From: a virus
Taxonomy: Duplodnaviria; Caudoviricetes
IMG/VR virus record: IMGVR_UViG_3300045973_000110
Span: 1 to 54,613 of that record
Length of the DNA stretch: 54,613 nt
Reading direction: 5' to 3' (one strand)
Shown: in pieces, positions 28,289-39,188 of the stretch
How the letters are laid out: each line of letters begins with the position of its first letter
Numbering within the stretch: the first letter of the stretch is position 1
Made by a program: the position numbers and the translations under genes
Notes under the pieces: model-generated
The model's database searches: none
What the model was told of the DNA's origin: nothing
What the model saw: only the letters and a program-made list of their open reading frames with translations

Positions 28289-30499
28289 ATGGCAATTAAA
28301 TATTTAGTTGGGGTAGACGTATATGGAATTTCAGACTTCCATAGTACGGTTGACTTTAACCAACAAGAAGTACAAAATATGCAAATCCATAACTATGCTG
28401 GAGACCCAAATGGCGTTGTCACTGGCGTAGCTGGTCAAATCTTATTCGACTCAACTAACAAGATTTTATATACATGTGATGCCGCTGGTACGGTTTGGCA
28501 TTCTGCTGGAGCTGATACCAACTATTATCCAACTGCTTTTGCTTGGACTGGCGGAACTACCGCTGGACCTACTGGTTCTTTAACTGGAACTGGGATGTCT
28601 GCTGTTTCTTATGCAGCCGTTCCGTCTGCGGCTATTGGCGCATCTGGTGTTGTTACAACTGGCGCCCAGGAATTTGCTGGAACAAAAACATTCCGCGCGG
28701 CTGCAACTCAAGACGGTATTGAATTACTCGGACGTGCAGGCGGCACTGGTTCATGGGCTGCAATTCTTACCCCAGCTACTCTATCTGCTGATGTTACATT
28801 AACTTTACCTGCCACAACGGGCACTCTGGCGCTTGCGTCTCAACTTCCCACCGTCAATGATGGTGGATTAACCTTGCAAATCGGTACTGCTGGTGCAACC
28901 AATACATCCGTAACAGTTGGCACTGGCACTGGATTTACGGCTAACGATACTGGCACAACCACCTATGATATCAAGATTGGTCCTGCGTTAACAAATTTAG
29001 CTACCATTATGACGGGCGCTGGAAGTATTGGTTTGTTAAAAAAGACCGCGGCTGACACGTATAGTTATGATGCTACGACTTATTTATCTGGTACGGTTGG
29101 CATTGCTAACGGTGGTACTGGTCAAATAACTAAAGCGCCAGCCTTTGACGCACTATCTCCATTGTCAGCGCTTGGTGATACTATTTATCACGATGGGACA
29201 AACAACGTCCGTTTAGCTGGTAATACAGTTGCAACAAGAAAGTTTTTAAGACAATTAGGCACTGGCGCTGTATCTGCTGCCCCCGCATGGGACACTGTTA
29301 CGTCTACCGATGTTGGTTTGGCGAATGTTACTAATGATGCGCAAGTAAAGAAGATTGCTTCTTCGACCGCTGGGAATATTCCTACGTGGTCGGACACAAA
29401 TGGTAACTTGTTGGCAACTGGTTATACAGTTGAAACAACTTTAACTGGTGGAACTGGGGCAATCCCACGCGCTGATGCAGTTAAAACATATGTTGATGGG
29501 ATTTTAGCCGCATCTGATGCCATGGTATTCAAAGGAACAATTGGTACTGGTGGTACATTAACTATCGCAGCATTTAATGCTCTCGTTATTTATAATGCTG
29601 GCTGGACTTATAAGGTTATTGAGGCAGGAACAATTAAGGGTGTTGTCGCTCAAATTGGCGATGTATTTATGGCTACCGTAGATAGAGCTTCAGCTGGTGT
29701 TGATGCCGACTGGACGGTTGTCCAAACGAATATCGATGGTGCTGTTACTGGTCCTGCAAGTGCAGTAAGCGGTAACTTTGCATCATTTAATGGAACTGGT
29801 GGAAAAATTATTCAAGATAGTGGTTCAAAAGCCTCAGATTTTGCTGCGGTTGGTGCTACCACATATATCGGTACGACGGCTGTTGCCTTAAACAGAGGGT
29901 CTGCTAACCAAGCTATGACTGGTATTTTAAGTATCACAATGCCTGGTTCTGGCTCTGGTACTGTACAATTAATACCCACTGCGGCTGCTGGCACTGGCAC
30001 TGTATTAACATTGCCCGCCACAACTGGTACTTTAGCATTAACCTCGCAACTTCCCACTGTAAATGCTGGTACACTAACAACTACCACGACTACGGCTGGC
30101 GCAACAAATACCGATGTAGCGTTAAGTCTAAGTACTACTTTTGATGCTAATACCACAAACAACGCTACGATTAAAGCAGTTGTCGGTCCAGCATTAACGG
30201 CTTTATCCACGGTCATGACTAGTGGTTCAATCGGATTTATTAAGAAAACTGCTGCCGATACTTATGGATTAGTAACAACTGTTACTACTAAATATTCTAT
30301 CGACCTAACTGCATCTGCTACTAGTTATGTTATTACGCATAACCTAAATACACAAGATGCCGTTGTTTCGGTTAGAGAATTAGCTACACCTTGGGCACAA
30401 GTAATGTGTGACGTTGAATTTACAAGCGTTAATACTGTTACTTTAAGATTTACTACAGCGCCTACGGGTAGCACATATAGAGTTACTGTTATTGGTTAA
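28289..30499 (+). CDS. Long Thr/Gly/Ala-rich tail fibre
   Basis: 736 aa with an internally duplicated module (TLPATTGTLAL.SQLPTVN...GPALT.L...KKTAADTY). Confidence 0.7.
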   Translation: MAIKYLVGVDVYGISDFHSTVDFNQQEVQNMQIHNYAGDPNGVVTGVAGQILFDSTNKILYTCDAAGTVWHSAGADTNYYPTAFAWTGGTTAGPTGSLTGTGMSAVSYAAVPSAAIGASGVVTTGAQEFAGTKTFRAAATQDGIELLGRAGGTGSWAAILTPATLSADVTLTLPATTGTLALASQLPTVNDGGLTLQIGTAGATNTSVTVGTGTGFTANDTGTTTYDIKIGPALTNLATIMTGAGSIGLLKKTAADTYSYDATTYLSGTVGIANGGTGQITKAPAFDALSPLSALGDTIYHDGTNNVRLAGNTVATRKFLRQLGTGAVSAAPAWDTVTSTDVGLANVTNDAQVKKIASSTAGNIPTWSDTNGNLLATGYTVETTLTGGTGAIPRADAVKTYVDGILAASDAMVFKGTIGTGGTLTIAAFNALVIYNAGWTYKVIEAGTIKGVVAQIGDVFMATVDRASAGVDADWTVVQTNIDGAVTGPASAVSGNFASFNGTGGKIIQDSGSKASDFAAVGATTYIGTTAVALNRGSANQAMTGILSITMPGSGSGTVQLIPTAAAGTGTVLTLPATTGTLALTSQLPTVNAGTLTTTTTTAGATNTDVALSLSTTFDANTTNNATIKAVVGPALTALSTVMTSGSIGFIKKTAADTYGLVTTVTTKYSIDLTASATSYVITHNLNTQDAVVSVRELATPWAQVMCDVEFTSVNTVTLRFTTAPTGSTYRVTVIG

Positions 30500-30521
30500 T
30501 AAAAACTAAGGAGAATTAATC

Positions 30522-30818
30522 ATGCTTAAATATACGACGCCAATTTCAATACAAGTTGGAACTGGTACAGCCCCTTTGGTTGTGTCGTCAGCAGTTCTTG
30601 TAACAAATTTAAATGCAGATAAATGGGAAGGTCTTGATTTACCGTCTATGACGGGTAATGTTGGAAAGGTTTTAGCTGTTAACACAGGTGAAACTACTTT
30701 GGTGTGGGCTACTGCTGGTAGCCCCACCAACCTTACCTTAACTACGTTGACTCTTGGAAAATATAGCTTAAATTATAACAGTGGTAGTAATAAATTAGAA
30801 ATAATTTATACGCCATGA
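30522..30818 (+). CDS. Small fibre-associated protein
   Basis: Motif GTAPLVVSS..LVTNLNAD. AAGGAG RBS. Confidence 0.55.
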   Translation: MLKYTTPISIQVGTGTAPLVVSSAVLVTNLNADKWEGLDLPSMTGNVGKVLAVNTGETTLVWATAGSPTNLTLTTLTLGKYSLNYNSGSNKLEIIYTP

Positions 30819-30830
30819 TGGTAAATTAAT

Positions 30831-31850
30831 ATGGCTATAACTGTAGCACTTGGTACGCCAAATGATGGCGCAACAGTAAGTACTTTAACCCCATCGTTAA
30901 CATTTACTGGTACTGACACTGGTAGTTTAGCATTAGATTATCAATTACAAATTAGCGATGGTACGTTTTCTATTATAGATTCTAATGTAACATTTCCATA
31001 CGTATACGGTACGGGCGGAGCAGCGACATATAGAGGTTCACAGTCGTTTACTGGTAATGGAAGCGCAATGCAGTCTGCAACCTTTAAGTTTTCTGCGCCA
31101 TCTAGTGTAACTGGCTCTATTGTATGTAAATTATTCTCTCATCAAGGTGTTTATGGCACAAGTAGTCAGCCGAACGCGTTGATAGCAACGTCGTCTAATA
31201 CATTAGATATTTCAATTTTGACGGCAAGTGATATAGATTTTGTGTTTAATTTTACACCACAAACACTTACGAATGGCGTAAAATATGTAATTGCAATAGA
31301 AGGTTCTGGAATGACTGGCACCACATATATATATCATGACAATAACTCTCACTCTGGCAATGCATGCAGTGGCGTGGCGTCATATGATATAGTGGCGTCT
31401 GGAGATATGTATTTTATCATTAACTCTGACTCCATACTAGTAAACTCTTTTTCTATATGGCACACTGGATTTAGTGCTGGTGCTAGTCACCCAACGACAT
31501 CTGGCGTGGAACAAACCTATGTTGTGCAAACCAATCTAACTAATGCTACTACATATTATTGGAGAGTTAGAGCAAATGCTCCTGGCGGTGGCTCGGTGTG
31601 GGGCGCATGGAGTTCTGGCGATTCAACACTTGGATATGATAGTTTCTTGGTTGGTACGCCAACGGTTGTTGCTACCATAGATAGCTCTTTGAACCTACGC
31701 GTCCTCAACTACTTGGTTGAGGGTGCGGCTGGTGAGGATATTGATAGCACTGGCATATTTTCGGTAGATACTCTTATTGAGGGGTCTACTTTTGATTTTA
31801 GCTCAACGGGCGTACTCACGGTTGTTTCGTTGATAGAGGGGAGCATATAA
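30831..31850 (+). CDS. FN3-like virion protein with inserted beta-sandwich
   Basis: Split FN3 motifs TPSLTF..DYQLQI and LTNATTYYWRVRA..WGAWS. Confidence 0.55.
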   Translation: MAITVALGTPNDGATVSTLTPSLTFTGTDTGSLALDYQLQISDGTFSIIDSNVTFPYVYGTGGAATYRGSQSFTGNGSAMQSATFKFSAPSSVTGSIVCKLFSHQGVYGTSSQPNALIATSSNTLDISILTASDIDFVFNFTPQTLTNGVKYVIAIEGSGMTGTTYIYHDNNSHSGNACSGVASYDIVASGDMYFIINSDSILVNSFSIWHTGFSAGASHPTTSGVEQTYVVQTNLTNATTYYWRVRANAPGGGSVWGAWSSGDSTLGYDSFLVGTPTVVATIDSSLNLRVLNYLVEGAAGEDIDSTGIFSVDTLIEGSTFDFSSTGVLTVVSLIEGSI

Positions 31851-32738
31851 ATGGCAGAATTAAAGACTAACACAAAAATTGGTCAGACAACGATTGCACA
31901 AGGCGGCGCGGTTTCTGTAACCCTACCAGCAACGGCAGGAACAGTAGCTTTAACAACTCAAGTAGCTCCAAGTGTTGCCAATTCATTAGTTATTAAAGCT
32001 GACACTGGTACTACTGAGGGTACTGACCTATATACATTCAACGGGTCTGGAGCTAAAACAATAGATATCAAAGCTGGTACAAATGTCACTCTTACAAAAA
32101 CAGCTGGTGTCATTACTATTAGTGCTTCTGGCGGTGGCGGCACTACGACCAACGCGTTGGTTATTAAAGAAAACACTGGCACAACCGAGGGAACAGACCT
32201 TTATACATTTAACGGTTCGAATGCAAAAACACTTGATTTTAAAAATGGAACCAATATAAATATTGTAGGTACTGCTGGTGTAATGACAATCAATGGTCCA
32301 TCTTTTGCAACTGGTACTACGAATGGTACATGGAACTATACGCCAAATGGCGGCTCTGCCACAGCGGTTGCAGTTTTTGGTCTTGGTACTGCCGCATATA
32401 CGGCTACGCCAATTACAGCACAGGCTAATAACTATGTGAAATTTGCGAGCGGTTTACTAATTGTACAAGGTTCATTTACCGTTGCAGCAGCAGTTACTAC
32501 TGCATGGGGTAATGGATTTACAACGCCAGACCAAACATTCACATTTAGTTCTCCAGTTGCATTTACGGTGGCGCCAACTGTTCATTTAATGCCAAGTATA
32601 GCCGCTGGTTCTACGACATTAGTTGGATACACAACGCTATCTACAACAACAGCATGCACCTATGTATTAGTAAGGCTAACTTCTGTCGCAAATCAAACAT
32701 ATACCATTAGATATACATTGACAGGTAGATGGGCATAA
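31851..32738 (+). CDS. Tail fibre with gp53-like C-terminal domain
   Basis: Two copies of LVIK..TGTTEGTDLYTFNGS. C-terminus YVKFASGLLIVQG...GRW. Confidence 0.65.
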   Translation: MAELKTNTKIGQTTIAQGGAVSVTLPATAGTVALTTQVAPSVANSLVIKADTGTTEGTDLYTFNGSGAKTIDIKAGTNVTLTKTAGVITISASGGGGTTTNALVIKENTGTTEGTDLYTFNGSNAKTLDFKNGTNINIVGTAGVMTINGPSFATGTTNGTWNYTPNGGSATAVAVFGLGTAAYTATPITAQANNYVKFASGLLIVQGSFTVAAAVTTAWGNGFTTPDQTFTFSSPVAFTVAPTVHLMPSIAAGSTTLVGYTTLSTTTACTYVLVRLTSVANQTYTIRYTLTGRWA

Positions 32739-32998
32739 TGATTGATAAAAAATGGCTAGAACTAATATCCATGGAAGAAATGACATGGTATAAAAAGGTA
32801 TTTGGTGACACAAGGGATACTGAGATTGGATTTTATGATACCTTTTTAATACACACGGATAAAAAGGTTATGCAATACACTAGAGAGTTAGCCTTAAATT
32901 TGACCACTATATTCACAAAAGAAGAATATTTGGAGTTAGAAAAGGCGCGTCAATTTGCGTTTGTTGAACAAAATAGAATAGCCAGTGAATTAAAATAG
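32738..32998 (+). CDS. Small hypothetical protein, possible fibre chaperone
   Basis: TAATG coupling to the preceding fibre gene. Confidence 0.5.
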   Translation: MIDKKWLELISMEEMTWYKKVFGDTRDTEIGFYDTFLIHTDKKVMQYTRELALNLTTIFTKEEYLELEKARQFAFVEQNRIASELK

Positions 32999-33026
32999 CG
33001 TTTTTACGCAGAATGGAGGGCGTCCC

Positions 33027-33368
33027 ATGGAAGTAAACGGAACGAATTTAACTATCACTAGGGGTGACTCTGAGTCGCTTACAATTAGATGTAGGGATAA
33101 AGTAACAAAAGAAATTATACCATTTCAAAATGATGACACGCTGTATTTTACTGTAAAAACCAGTACTGGAACGTCGGTGAAATCGTTGCAAAAGGTGATA
33201 ACCTCATTTTCGAATGGTATCGCAATTATTGATATCTTACCAGAGGATACTCATGATTTAAAAGGTGGCGCATATGTATATGACATACAATGGGATAAGA
33301 AAAATGGAAAAGTAAAAACCATTGTAAAAACATCTAAGTTTATTATAAATGAAGATGTAACGAGTTAA
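33027..33368 (+). CDS. BppU N-terminal-like baseplate protein
   Basis: ITRGD...LYFTVK...PEDT..L..G.YVYDIQ pattern. Confidence 0.6.
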   Translation: MEVNGTNLTITRGDSESLTIRCRDKVTKEIIPFQNDDTLYFTVKTSTGTSVKSLQKVITSFSNGIAIIDILPEDTHDLKGGAYVYDIQWDKKNGKVKTIVKTSKFIINEDVTS

Positions 33369-33373
33369 TAATT

Positions 33374-33820
33374 ATGTCAGATAAAAATAATTTTATTATT
33401 ACATTAGAAGACTCCACTGTCAATATCGAAATTGATGGTGGAGTCTCTATTTTTGATGTTAATATTGAAACAGACCCAGAATTTAACATAGATATGACCC
33501 CTGGTGGTCGTGGGTATAGCGCTTATGAAGTGGCTTTGCAGAATGATTTTGTTGGGACCGAAGAAGAATGGTTAGCATCATTACGAGGTCCAAAAGGTGA
33601 ACCAGGAACATATCTAAATAAGTGGATTGATTATGTAACTGGTTATTTAATTATGCCAGTTATGATATTTGATAGCACAAACTATCAAGTGTTTCAATAT
33701 GAATACGAGACTCCGATGACATTATATCGGAAAATTTCAAAAATAAGTTTTGATGATGAATTTTATGATTCTTATGTTGGTGGCGTATTATCAAACTTAA
33801 TCGCCAAAAAGAAAATATAG
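33374..33820 (+). CDS. Fibre-associated protein with short collagen-like motif
   Basis: GYSAYEVALQNDFVGTEEEWLASLRGPKGEPG. Confidence 0.55.
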   Translation: MSDKNNFIITLEDSTVNIEIDGGVSIFDVNIETDPEFNIDMTPGGRGYSAYEVALQNDFVGTEEEWLASLRGPKGEPGTYLNKWIDYVTGYLIMPVMIFDSTNYQVFQYEYETPMTLYRKISKISFDDEFYDSYVGGVLSNLIAKKKI

Positions 33821-33840
33821 AGAGGCGGTGTGTACAATAA

Positions 33841-36800
33841 ATGGCAACAATTACTGTAAATCAGTACAACGATGATGGCACGACGACTCGTACGGCTGGT
33901 GAGACGCTAACTATAAACAGTGGTACATTTACGCAACGTACAGATAGTCGATGGCATGCAACAGCACCAGCGTCTATGACTGGTGCGTTAGCTGGCATCA
34001 CAATTAATGAAGGCGAATACTATATTGACGCTCGCGACGTTAGGTGGCTTGCGTATGACAATGGAACAAGTACCGTACCAGCTATTGGCACATCAATTGT
34101 ACAAGGTGATGTTAGTGGATATTTGCTTGGTGTTTGGTTAGACCTGTTATCTGCACCTACCGCAGTTGGCGCGTCAATGCCAGCAACTGGGTTTATTAAA
34201 TTAAGGGAAACATCTGGTGGATTATTTTCTGCTGGTGCGCTTACAAATATAGGTGCATCTGCTACTGGCGCGGATGTTACTGGATGGATTGAAGTTGTTT
34301 ATGACCAATCTGCTACTATTTCTGTCCCTAGACTTGGCAAGTATACTAGTAGAGGTGATTATTTTTATTTGGATAATACCAGTGGAGATAGGGCACAAAT
34401 ATTACAAACACCCGTTAATGGTGGTGGAGCTAATACATTCGCACCTGGTGTAGAGATTGAAACCGCACCAAACTCTGGTGTATATGAAAAGTATCCAGCA
34501 TTGTATACGGCAACCAATGGTTGGTCTGTTGCTCATCTTGGTCAACCTATGGGCGAAAGCGATGCTCGGCAGAAATTCGTAAAAATGCTCACGAATGGTC
34601 AAATGCAAATCGGAGAACAGATAACACAAAGCGGAACATACGCATATACGGCATCTCAAGCAAGTACCTATGCGTCTCTAACAAGGGGCGGGACATATAC
34701 GTGGGTTGATGATTTAGTAACTATATTCTGTTCTGGCGGTCATTTTTTAGAAGATGGCATGCAAACTGGGATAGACTTCACGTCTGGCACAGCCACCGAT
34801 GGAATATATACCGTTTCAGTGTTAGACCCATATTATTTCACTGTGGTGCTTAATGGAAGCGGGGCAAATGGTACGTGCAATAGTAGAGAAGGCGTTGCAG
34901 TTACTTTTACTGCACATGGATTAAATATTGGCGAACACGTATATTTAACCCCATCAACTGGCACATTGCCATCTGGTGAAAGAGAGATTTATGCCGCTAC
35001 TACTGCTAATATTTATTGGGTTAAATACCCGCATACAACCGTGTTAACTTCTGGTAATACAGGTGCGTTACATACCGTTACCGTTACGTCAAATGCACAT
35101 GGTTTAGCTGTTGGAAATAGAGTATATATAGATTTTACATCTGGCACAGCACCAGATGGTATTTATACTATTAAAGCGGTAGCCGCTAATACTTATACAA
35201 TTAACTGCCCACTAAGCGCGACAACAAGTGGTAATTTTACGTCATATCATGATATTGGTTTTGTACCAGTGTCTAAATGTAAAACAAGAATACCAAATAT
35301 TATTGGTAGGCAATGTGTAACAACCACTCGTGCTACGAATGCAGCCCCTCACGCAACGATTGCGAACAGACCAGAATTTGCTACAACATCGGCTGGATAT
35401 ATCGATACAGAATATATTTATTCTGATTGGTATTATAACCTTAGCCAGCCATATTATGTCAAGATAAAAAATTCTTGGCTATTGGATACTTTAATTATTT
35501 CAGAATGTGCGTTACCAATGGATATTATTAATAATGGATTTGGAATGCAGGGCGCACTAGACCTTATTACCGTAACGCTAACATCAAATTTCGCTGGCGG
35601 AACATTTAACTATAATACCATCGGAAGAGGTAATACCCCTGGTACTACCGACCATACTGTTAGTGTATCGTACTGTAACAATATTAATTTTACTGGTAAT
35701 GTCATGAGCATTATACAATTTGTACGAAGCACTGGGTTCCCGATAAATACCGCATATTGTTCGGGTTTACATTTTTATAACAACGAAATTTTAAATGGAA
35801 ATATTAAAGTGATTGCTTGTTCTAATTTCGAATTTCATGATACGGATTATTGCGATAGAATGATAGGGTATACAAATGCAACGACACCGTATTATATTTT
35901 TAACATTGATACAGCATCATCTAATTTTATTATAGATGGTGCCACGCTTGGAAAAAATGGCACAGTTATTAACAATCACCCATATAGTGGATTGTTTAGT
36001 ATCAGTGGCGGCTGTAACAATTTCAAAGTTAGAAACTTTGGGACTCCGTCAAATCTATTAGTTTGCGGAAGTTCCTTTCCAAACCTATATGGTATCGCAA
36101 CACCAATTGTTCTTGGTGGTAATGATTATAATTATAAGATTCAAAAGGTATACGTTGATAGAGTAAGAACATCTTTAATCAGTACATCAAACTCAGAAAA
36201 GACGGCTACCTATGAAAGTATACATTGTAAATCTCAATATCAAATTGGCACATATGCAGTTAGCATTCCAGCCTTTGCATCGCTTAACACCGAAATAAAA
36301 GGCGTTGGCATGTACAATGAAACCACTGGTAATGCATCTGTTTATGGTCAACACTGGAGAAATATATTCGGTATTGGTGTTGGTAGGTTGCTCTTGTCAA
36401 TGAATGAGGCAAGCACTGAAACGGCAAGCCAAATATCGGTTATGAGCGGCACTGCTAAATTCAATAGTTCTGGCGGTGTAATACTACCAACAATAGGTAA
36501 CGAGGTAGTATGGGAGACACCACACTGGATTTTGGGTAATACTGGATTTAACCCGCGCGAAGAAATTGTAATGTCTGGCGGAACAAATACTAATTACAAT
36601 ATTATGTATTCTTTGAACGCTGGTTCTTCATATGGCGACTGGAAAAACTTATCTTATTGTCCGTCATTGACTAGTTCTGGTTCTAACGGCGCGTACACGG
36701 TCACACTAACATCTACTGCTGGTGTTGCATTGAATGATTATGTTTACGGGACAAATATCGGTATTTTAGCAAAGGTATCTGAAATAACGAGCGATACCGT

Positions 36801-37272
36801 TTTGACTTTAAACGTTGCTAACACTGGTACTGTATCTGGAGTTTTACGGTTCAATTCGATTGCTAATGAATCTATTAATGCAAGTGGTTTTAAGTTGAAA
36901 ATAAAAATTACGACAATTGTAACAAATACAACCGCAATTACATTTTTAAGACTTAACACATTGACAAGTTGGTCGGCTCAGACTGCAAATGTATATCCAT
37001 TAGACGTTTATCATGTGACTCTTACTGGGTTAAAGTCTGGCTCAGAGGTGAGGTTCTATCTTGGGGATAACCCTTCTACAACCGTAGAGTTAGACGGTAT
37101 TGAATCATCTGGAACATCGTTTACATTGGAACACTCTTTGTCTAGCGGTTCTGGATACATACAAATATTTGCCCTTGGTTATCAACCAATCAAATTAGAT
37201 ATAACATACGCACCATCGGATACTTCCATACAGATACAACAGGTCGTAGATAGAGTCTACGTCAACAATTAA
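33841..37272 (+). CDS. Large virion-associated adhesin-like protein (repeats plus beta-helix-like region)
   Basis: 1143 aa. Three HxL..G..V/IxxTSG repeats, then an Asn/Cys-rich beta-helix-like segment. Confidence 0.55.
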   Translation: MATITVNQYNDDGTTTRTAGETLTINSGTFTQRTDSRWHATAPASMTGALAGITINEGEYYIDARDVRWLAYDNGTSTVPAIGTSIVQGDVSGYLLGVWLDLLSAPTAVGASMPATGFIKLRETSGGLFSAGALTNIGASATGADVTGWIEVVYDQSATISVPRLGKYTSRGDYFYLDNTSGDRAQILQTPVNGGGANTFAPGVEIETAPNSGVYEKYPALYTATNGWSVAHLGQPMGESDARQKFVKMLTNGQMQIGEQITQSGTYAYTASQASTYASLTRGGTYTWVDDLVTIFCSGGHFLEDGMQTGIDFTSGTATDGIYTVSVLDPYYFTVVLNGSGANGTCNSREGVAVTFTAHGLNIGEHVYLTPSTGTLPSGEREIYAATTANIYWVKYPHTTVLTSGNTGALHTVTVTSNAHGLAVGNRVYIDFTSGTAPDGIYTIKAVAANTYTINCPLSATTSGNFTSYHDIGFVPVSKCKTRIPNIIGRQCVTTTRATNAAPHATIANRPEFATTSAGYIDTEYIYSDWYYNLSQPYYVKIKNSWLLDTLIISECALPMDIINNGFGMQGALDLITVTLTSNFAGGTFNYNTIGRGNTPGTTDHTVSVSYCNNINFTGNVMSIIQFVRSTGFPINTAYCSGLHFYNNEILNGNIKVIACSNFEFHDTDYCDRMIGYTNATTPYYIFNIDTASSNFIIDGATLGKNGTVINNHPYSGLFSISGGCNNFKVRNFGTPSNLLVCGSSFPNLYGIATPIVLGGNDYNYKIQKVYVDRVRTSLISTSNSEKTATYESIHCKSQYQIGTYAVSIPAFASLNTEIKGVGMYNETTGNASVYGQHWRNIFGIGVGRLLLSMNEASTETASQISVMSGTAKFNSSGGVILPTIGNEVVWETPHWILGNTGFNPREEIVMSGGTNTNYNIMYSLNAGSSYGDWKNLSYCPSLTSSGSNGAYTVTLTSTAGVALNDYVYGTNIGILAKVSEITSDTVLTLNVANTGTVSGVLRFNSIANESINASGFKLKIKITTIVTNTTAITFLRLNTLTSWSAQTANVYPLDVYHVTLTGLKSGSEVRFYLGDNPSTTVELDGIESSGTSFTLEHSLSSGSGYIQIFALGYQPIKLDITYAPSDTSIQIQQVVDRVYVNN

Positions 37273-37300
37273 ATAAACATATTCTCGAAGGGAGAAAAAC

Positions 37301-38644
37301 ATGCCAATTATTACAGATTTAGACTTATTGGTCGATGGCGTAGACGTTATATTAGATGTTTCCGCAAAAACGATTGCTATAGCAACTACAAGCGCAGTTA
37401 CAAATGCTGGGGCAACTGGTGGCGTAACTGGGCAAACACTTTATTCTTGGTTAAAAGAAAAATGGAAAGCCAGTTCAACTTATATCAAATATCCGTTCCC
37501 CATGGAAGCTATTACCCCAGAACAGTTTGAATTCATCAATGGATGGAAGCCGTTAAATCCTGCCACTAGAAAATTGATTAGAACTGCTGGATGGACTGAA
37601 AAAAATGCAGCTGGTGACGTTCTAAGTAGATATGCTGGTATTGTATCGTTAGGTAGTTTGGGTGGTTCAGACCAACCATACTATAGATTTGGTACTGGCT
37701 CTGCTACAAACTTTACTTATCTCGGTCCAGTAAATGAGGCTATCCAAATTTTTGGGGATGCCGATAACGGTAGTTTTAACTATATGACTGGAACGGCTTT
37801 AAACTTATTTTGTAGAGAACAAGGTAAGACTTATGCTGCGTCGAACAACACCGCAATCGGTGCTCCGACCCTTACATACATTGTTTATCGCTTTCCGTTG
37901 TCGAACGGTACTGATTTAAAGATTTCGGCATCTGACGTTACTATTGCGGCAAGTACTCCGTATACCAATATTACCATTGAATATTTTGGCGCAGACCAAA
38001 ACTTTGACGTTGACGGCGATACTACACTTGAACCGTATAGAATCATTATCACGGATTCCGCTGGTACGGCTAGTACACAGCAAATTTATGAGAAGATTCA
38101 ATACCAGTTACGCCAATCTACTGACATAGATAGCGGCGCTGGCACTGTGATAGGTAAAACAGCAGATGCATTATTATTATTCGTCGGTGATACATTGATT
38201 GGTAGCAACGGCGTTAGAATTGCTGGTTTAAATGCTAACTATCTAAACTCCGTTGAGTTCTATGATACTTTAGGCGCCAAACATATTTACCCGTACGTTT
38301 CATCTGGGACAATCAACTTTGGACCAAATGCTGGCTCTGGGGATTTCATTTACAAGATGTTCTTCTCTGATACCTATGGTACGGCATCTGCAATTATCGT
38401 TAACGATAAAGATTCAAACCCGATTAGTGGTTCTTATACTGGTACATCGATTACTTTCTCTTTTGCTTATGATAGCAATACACAAGGCGGTCGTATAGCT
38501 GGTACAAATGCAACCGTTAAGGTAGTTGGTATTGGGTTAACTGGGGGTCAATTTATTTCTGTTGACCACACGATTACAAGAAGTCAAGGTCAATCTATCT
38601 TGTTATCCCCTGCCCAAGAACGTAACTACACCAACGCAGCGTAA
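37301..38644 (+). CDS. Hypothetical structural protein
   Basis: 447 aa, GGAG RBS, contains TLYSWLKEKWK. Confidence 0.6.
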   Translation: MPIITDLDLLVDGVDVILDVSAKTIAIATTSAVTNAGATGGVTGQTLYSWLKEKWKASSTYIKYPFPMEAITPEQFEFINGWKPLNPATRKLIRTAGWTEKNAAGDVLSRYAGIVSLGSLGGSDQPYYRFGTGSATNFTYLGPVNEAIQIFGDADNGSFNYMTGTALNLFCREQGKTYAASNNTAIGAPTLTYIVYRFPLSNGTDLKISASDVTIAASTPYTNITIEYFGADQNFDVDGDTTLEPYRIIITDSAGTASTQQIYEKIQYQLRQSTDIDSGAGTVIGKTADALLLFVGDTLIGSNGVRIAGLNANYLNSVEFYDTLGAKHIYPYVSSGTINFGPNAGSGDFIYKMFFSDTYGTASAIIVNDKDSNPISGSYTGTSITFSFAYDSNTQGGRIAGTNATVKVVGIGLTGGQFISVDHTITRSQGQSILLSPAQERNYTNAA

Positions 38645-38647
38645 TAT

Positions 38648-39175
38648 ATGTTTATTTTTGATGGTATTAATAAAAAAATCAAGATTGACAAAGATGCTAC
38701 TAATATCAAGTATACATTATATGGTAAAACTTGGTATATTTTTGATGCCGTCGACTTATACTCGGAGTGGAAGAGATGGTGTGTACAGGGCGATGGTGCT
38801 CAGTACACACCAGCCTTTTCTGTACTAGGCGGGGAAGATATTGGTGGCGGATTAAAGGTTGGTTCTTATGTATTCTTATTAAGTTCAAACGGCTACATAT
38901 TACAAGGACCAGATGAAGATAACGTATTTATACAGATATCTGGTAATTTATATCCAGACATTGCAAACTATCCGATTATTGAATCAAACCCTCTATATAG
39001 TTATTCTTTGATTATGAGAAACTCGTCTTTAACTCAAACATCAATTGTTTCTACTGGGAGTGGTCTATCTTCGGAACAAGATACGTTATTGCGCGAGATT
39101 AGTCCAAAACTTTCTACGATTAATGATGGGGTTAAAAAATCAAGTATATTAATCCCACACACAGAAGACGTGTAA
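38648..39175 (+). CDS. Hypothetical structural protein
   Basis: 175 aa, contains DLYSEWKRW. Confidence 0.6.
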   Translation: MFIFDGINKKIKIDKDATNIKYTLYGKTWYIFDAVDLYSEWKRWCVQGDGAQYTPAFSVLGGEDIGGGLKVGSYVFLLSSNGYILQGPDEDNVFIQISGNLYPDIANYPIIESNPLYSYSLIMRNSSLTQTSIVSTGSGLSSEQDTLLREISPKLSTINDGVKKSSILIPHTEDV

Positions 39176-39188
39176 AAGGAGGAATTGT

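Noticed and set aside
31981-32260. Internal repeat in the fibre gene as a DGR or invertible cassette
   Set aside because: It is a direct in-frame duplication with mostly synonymous divergence, i.e. an ordinary domain repeat.
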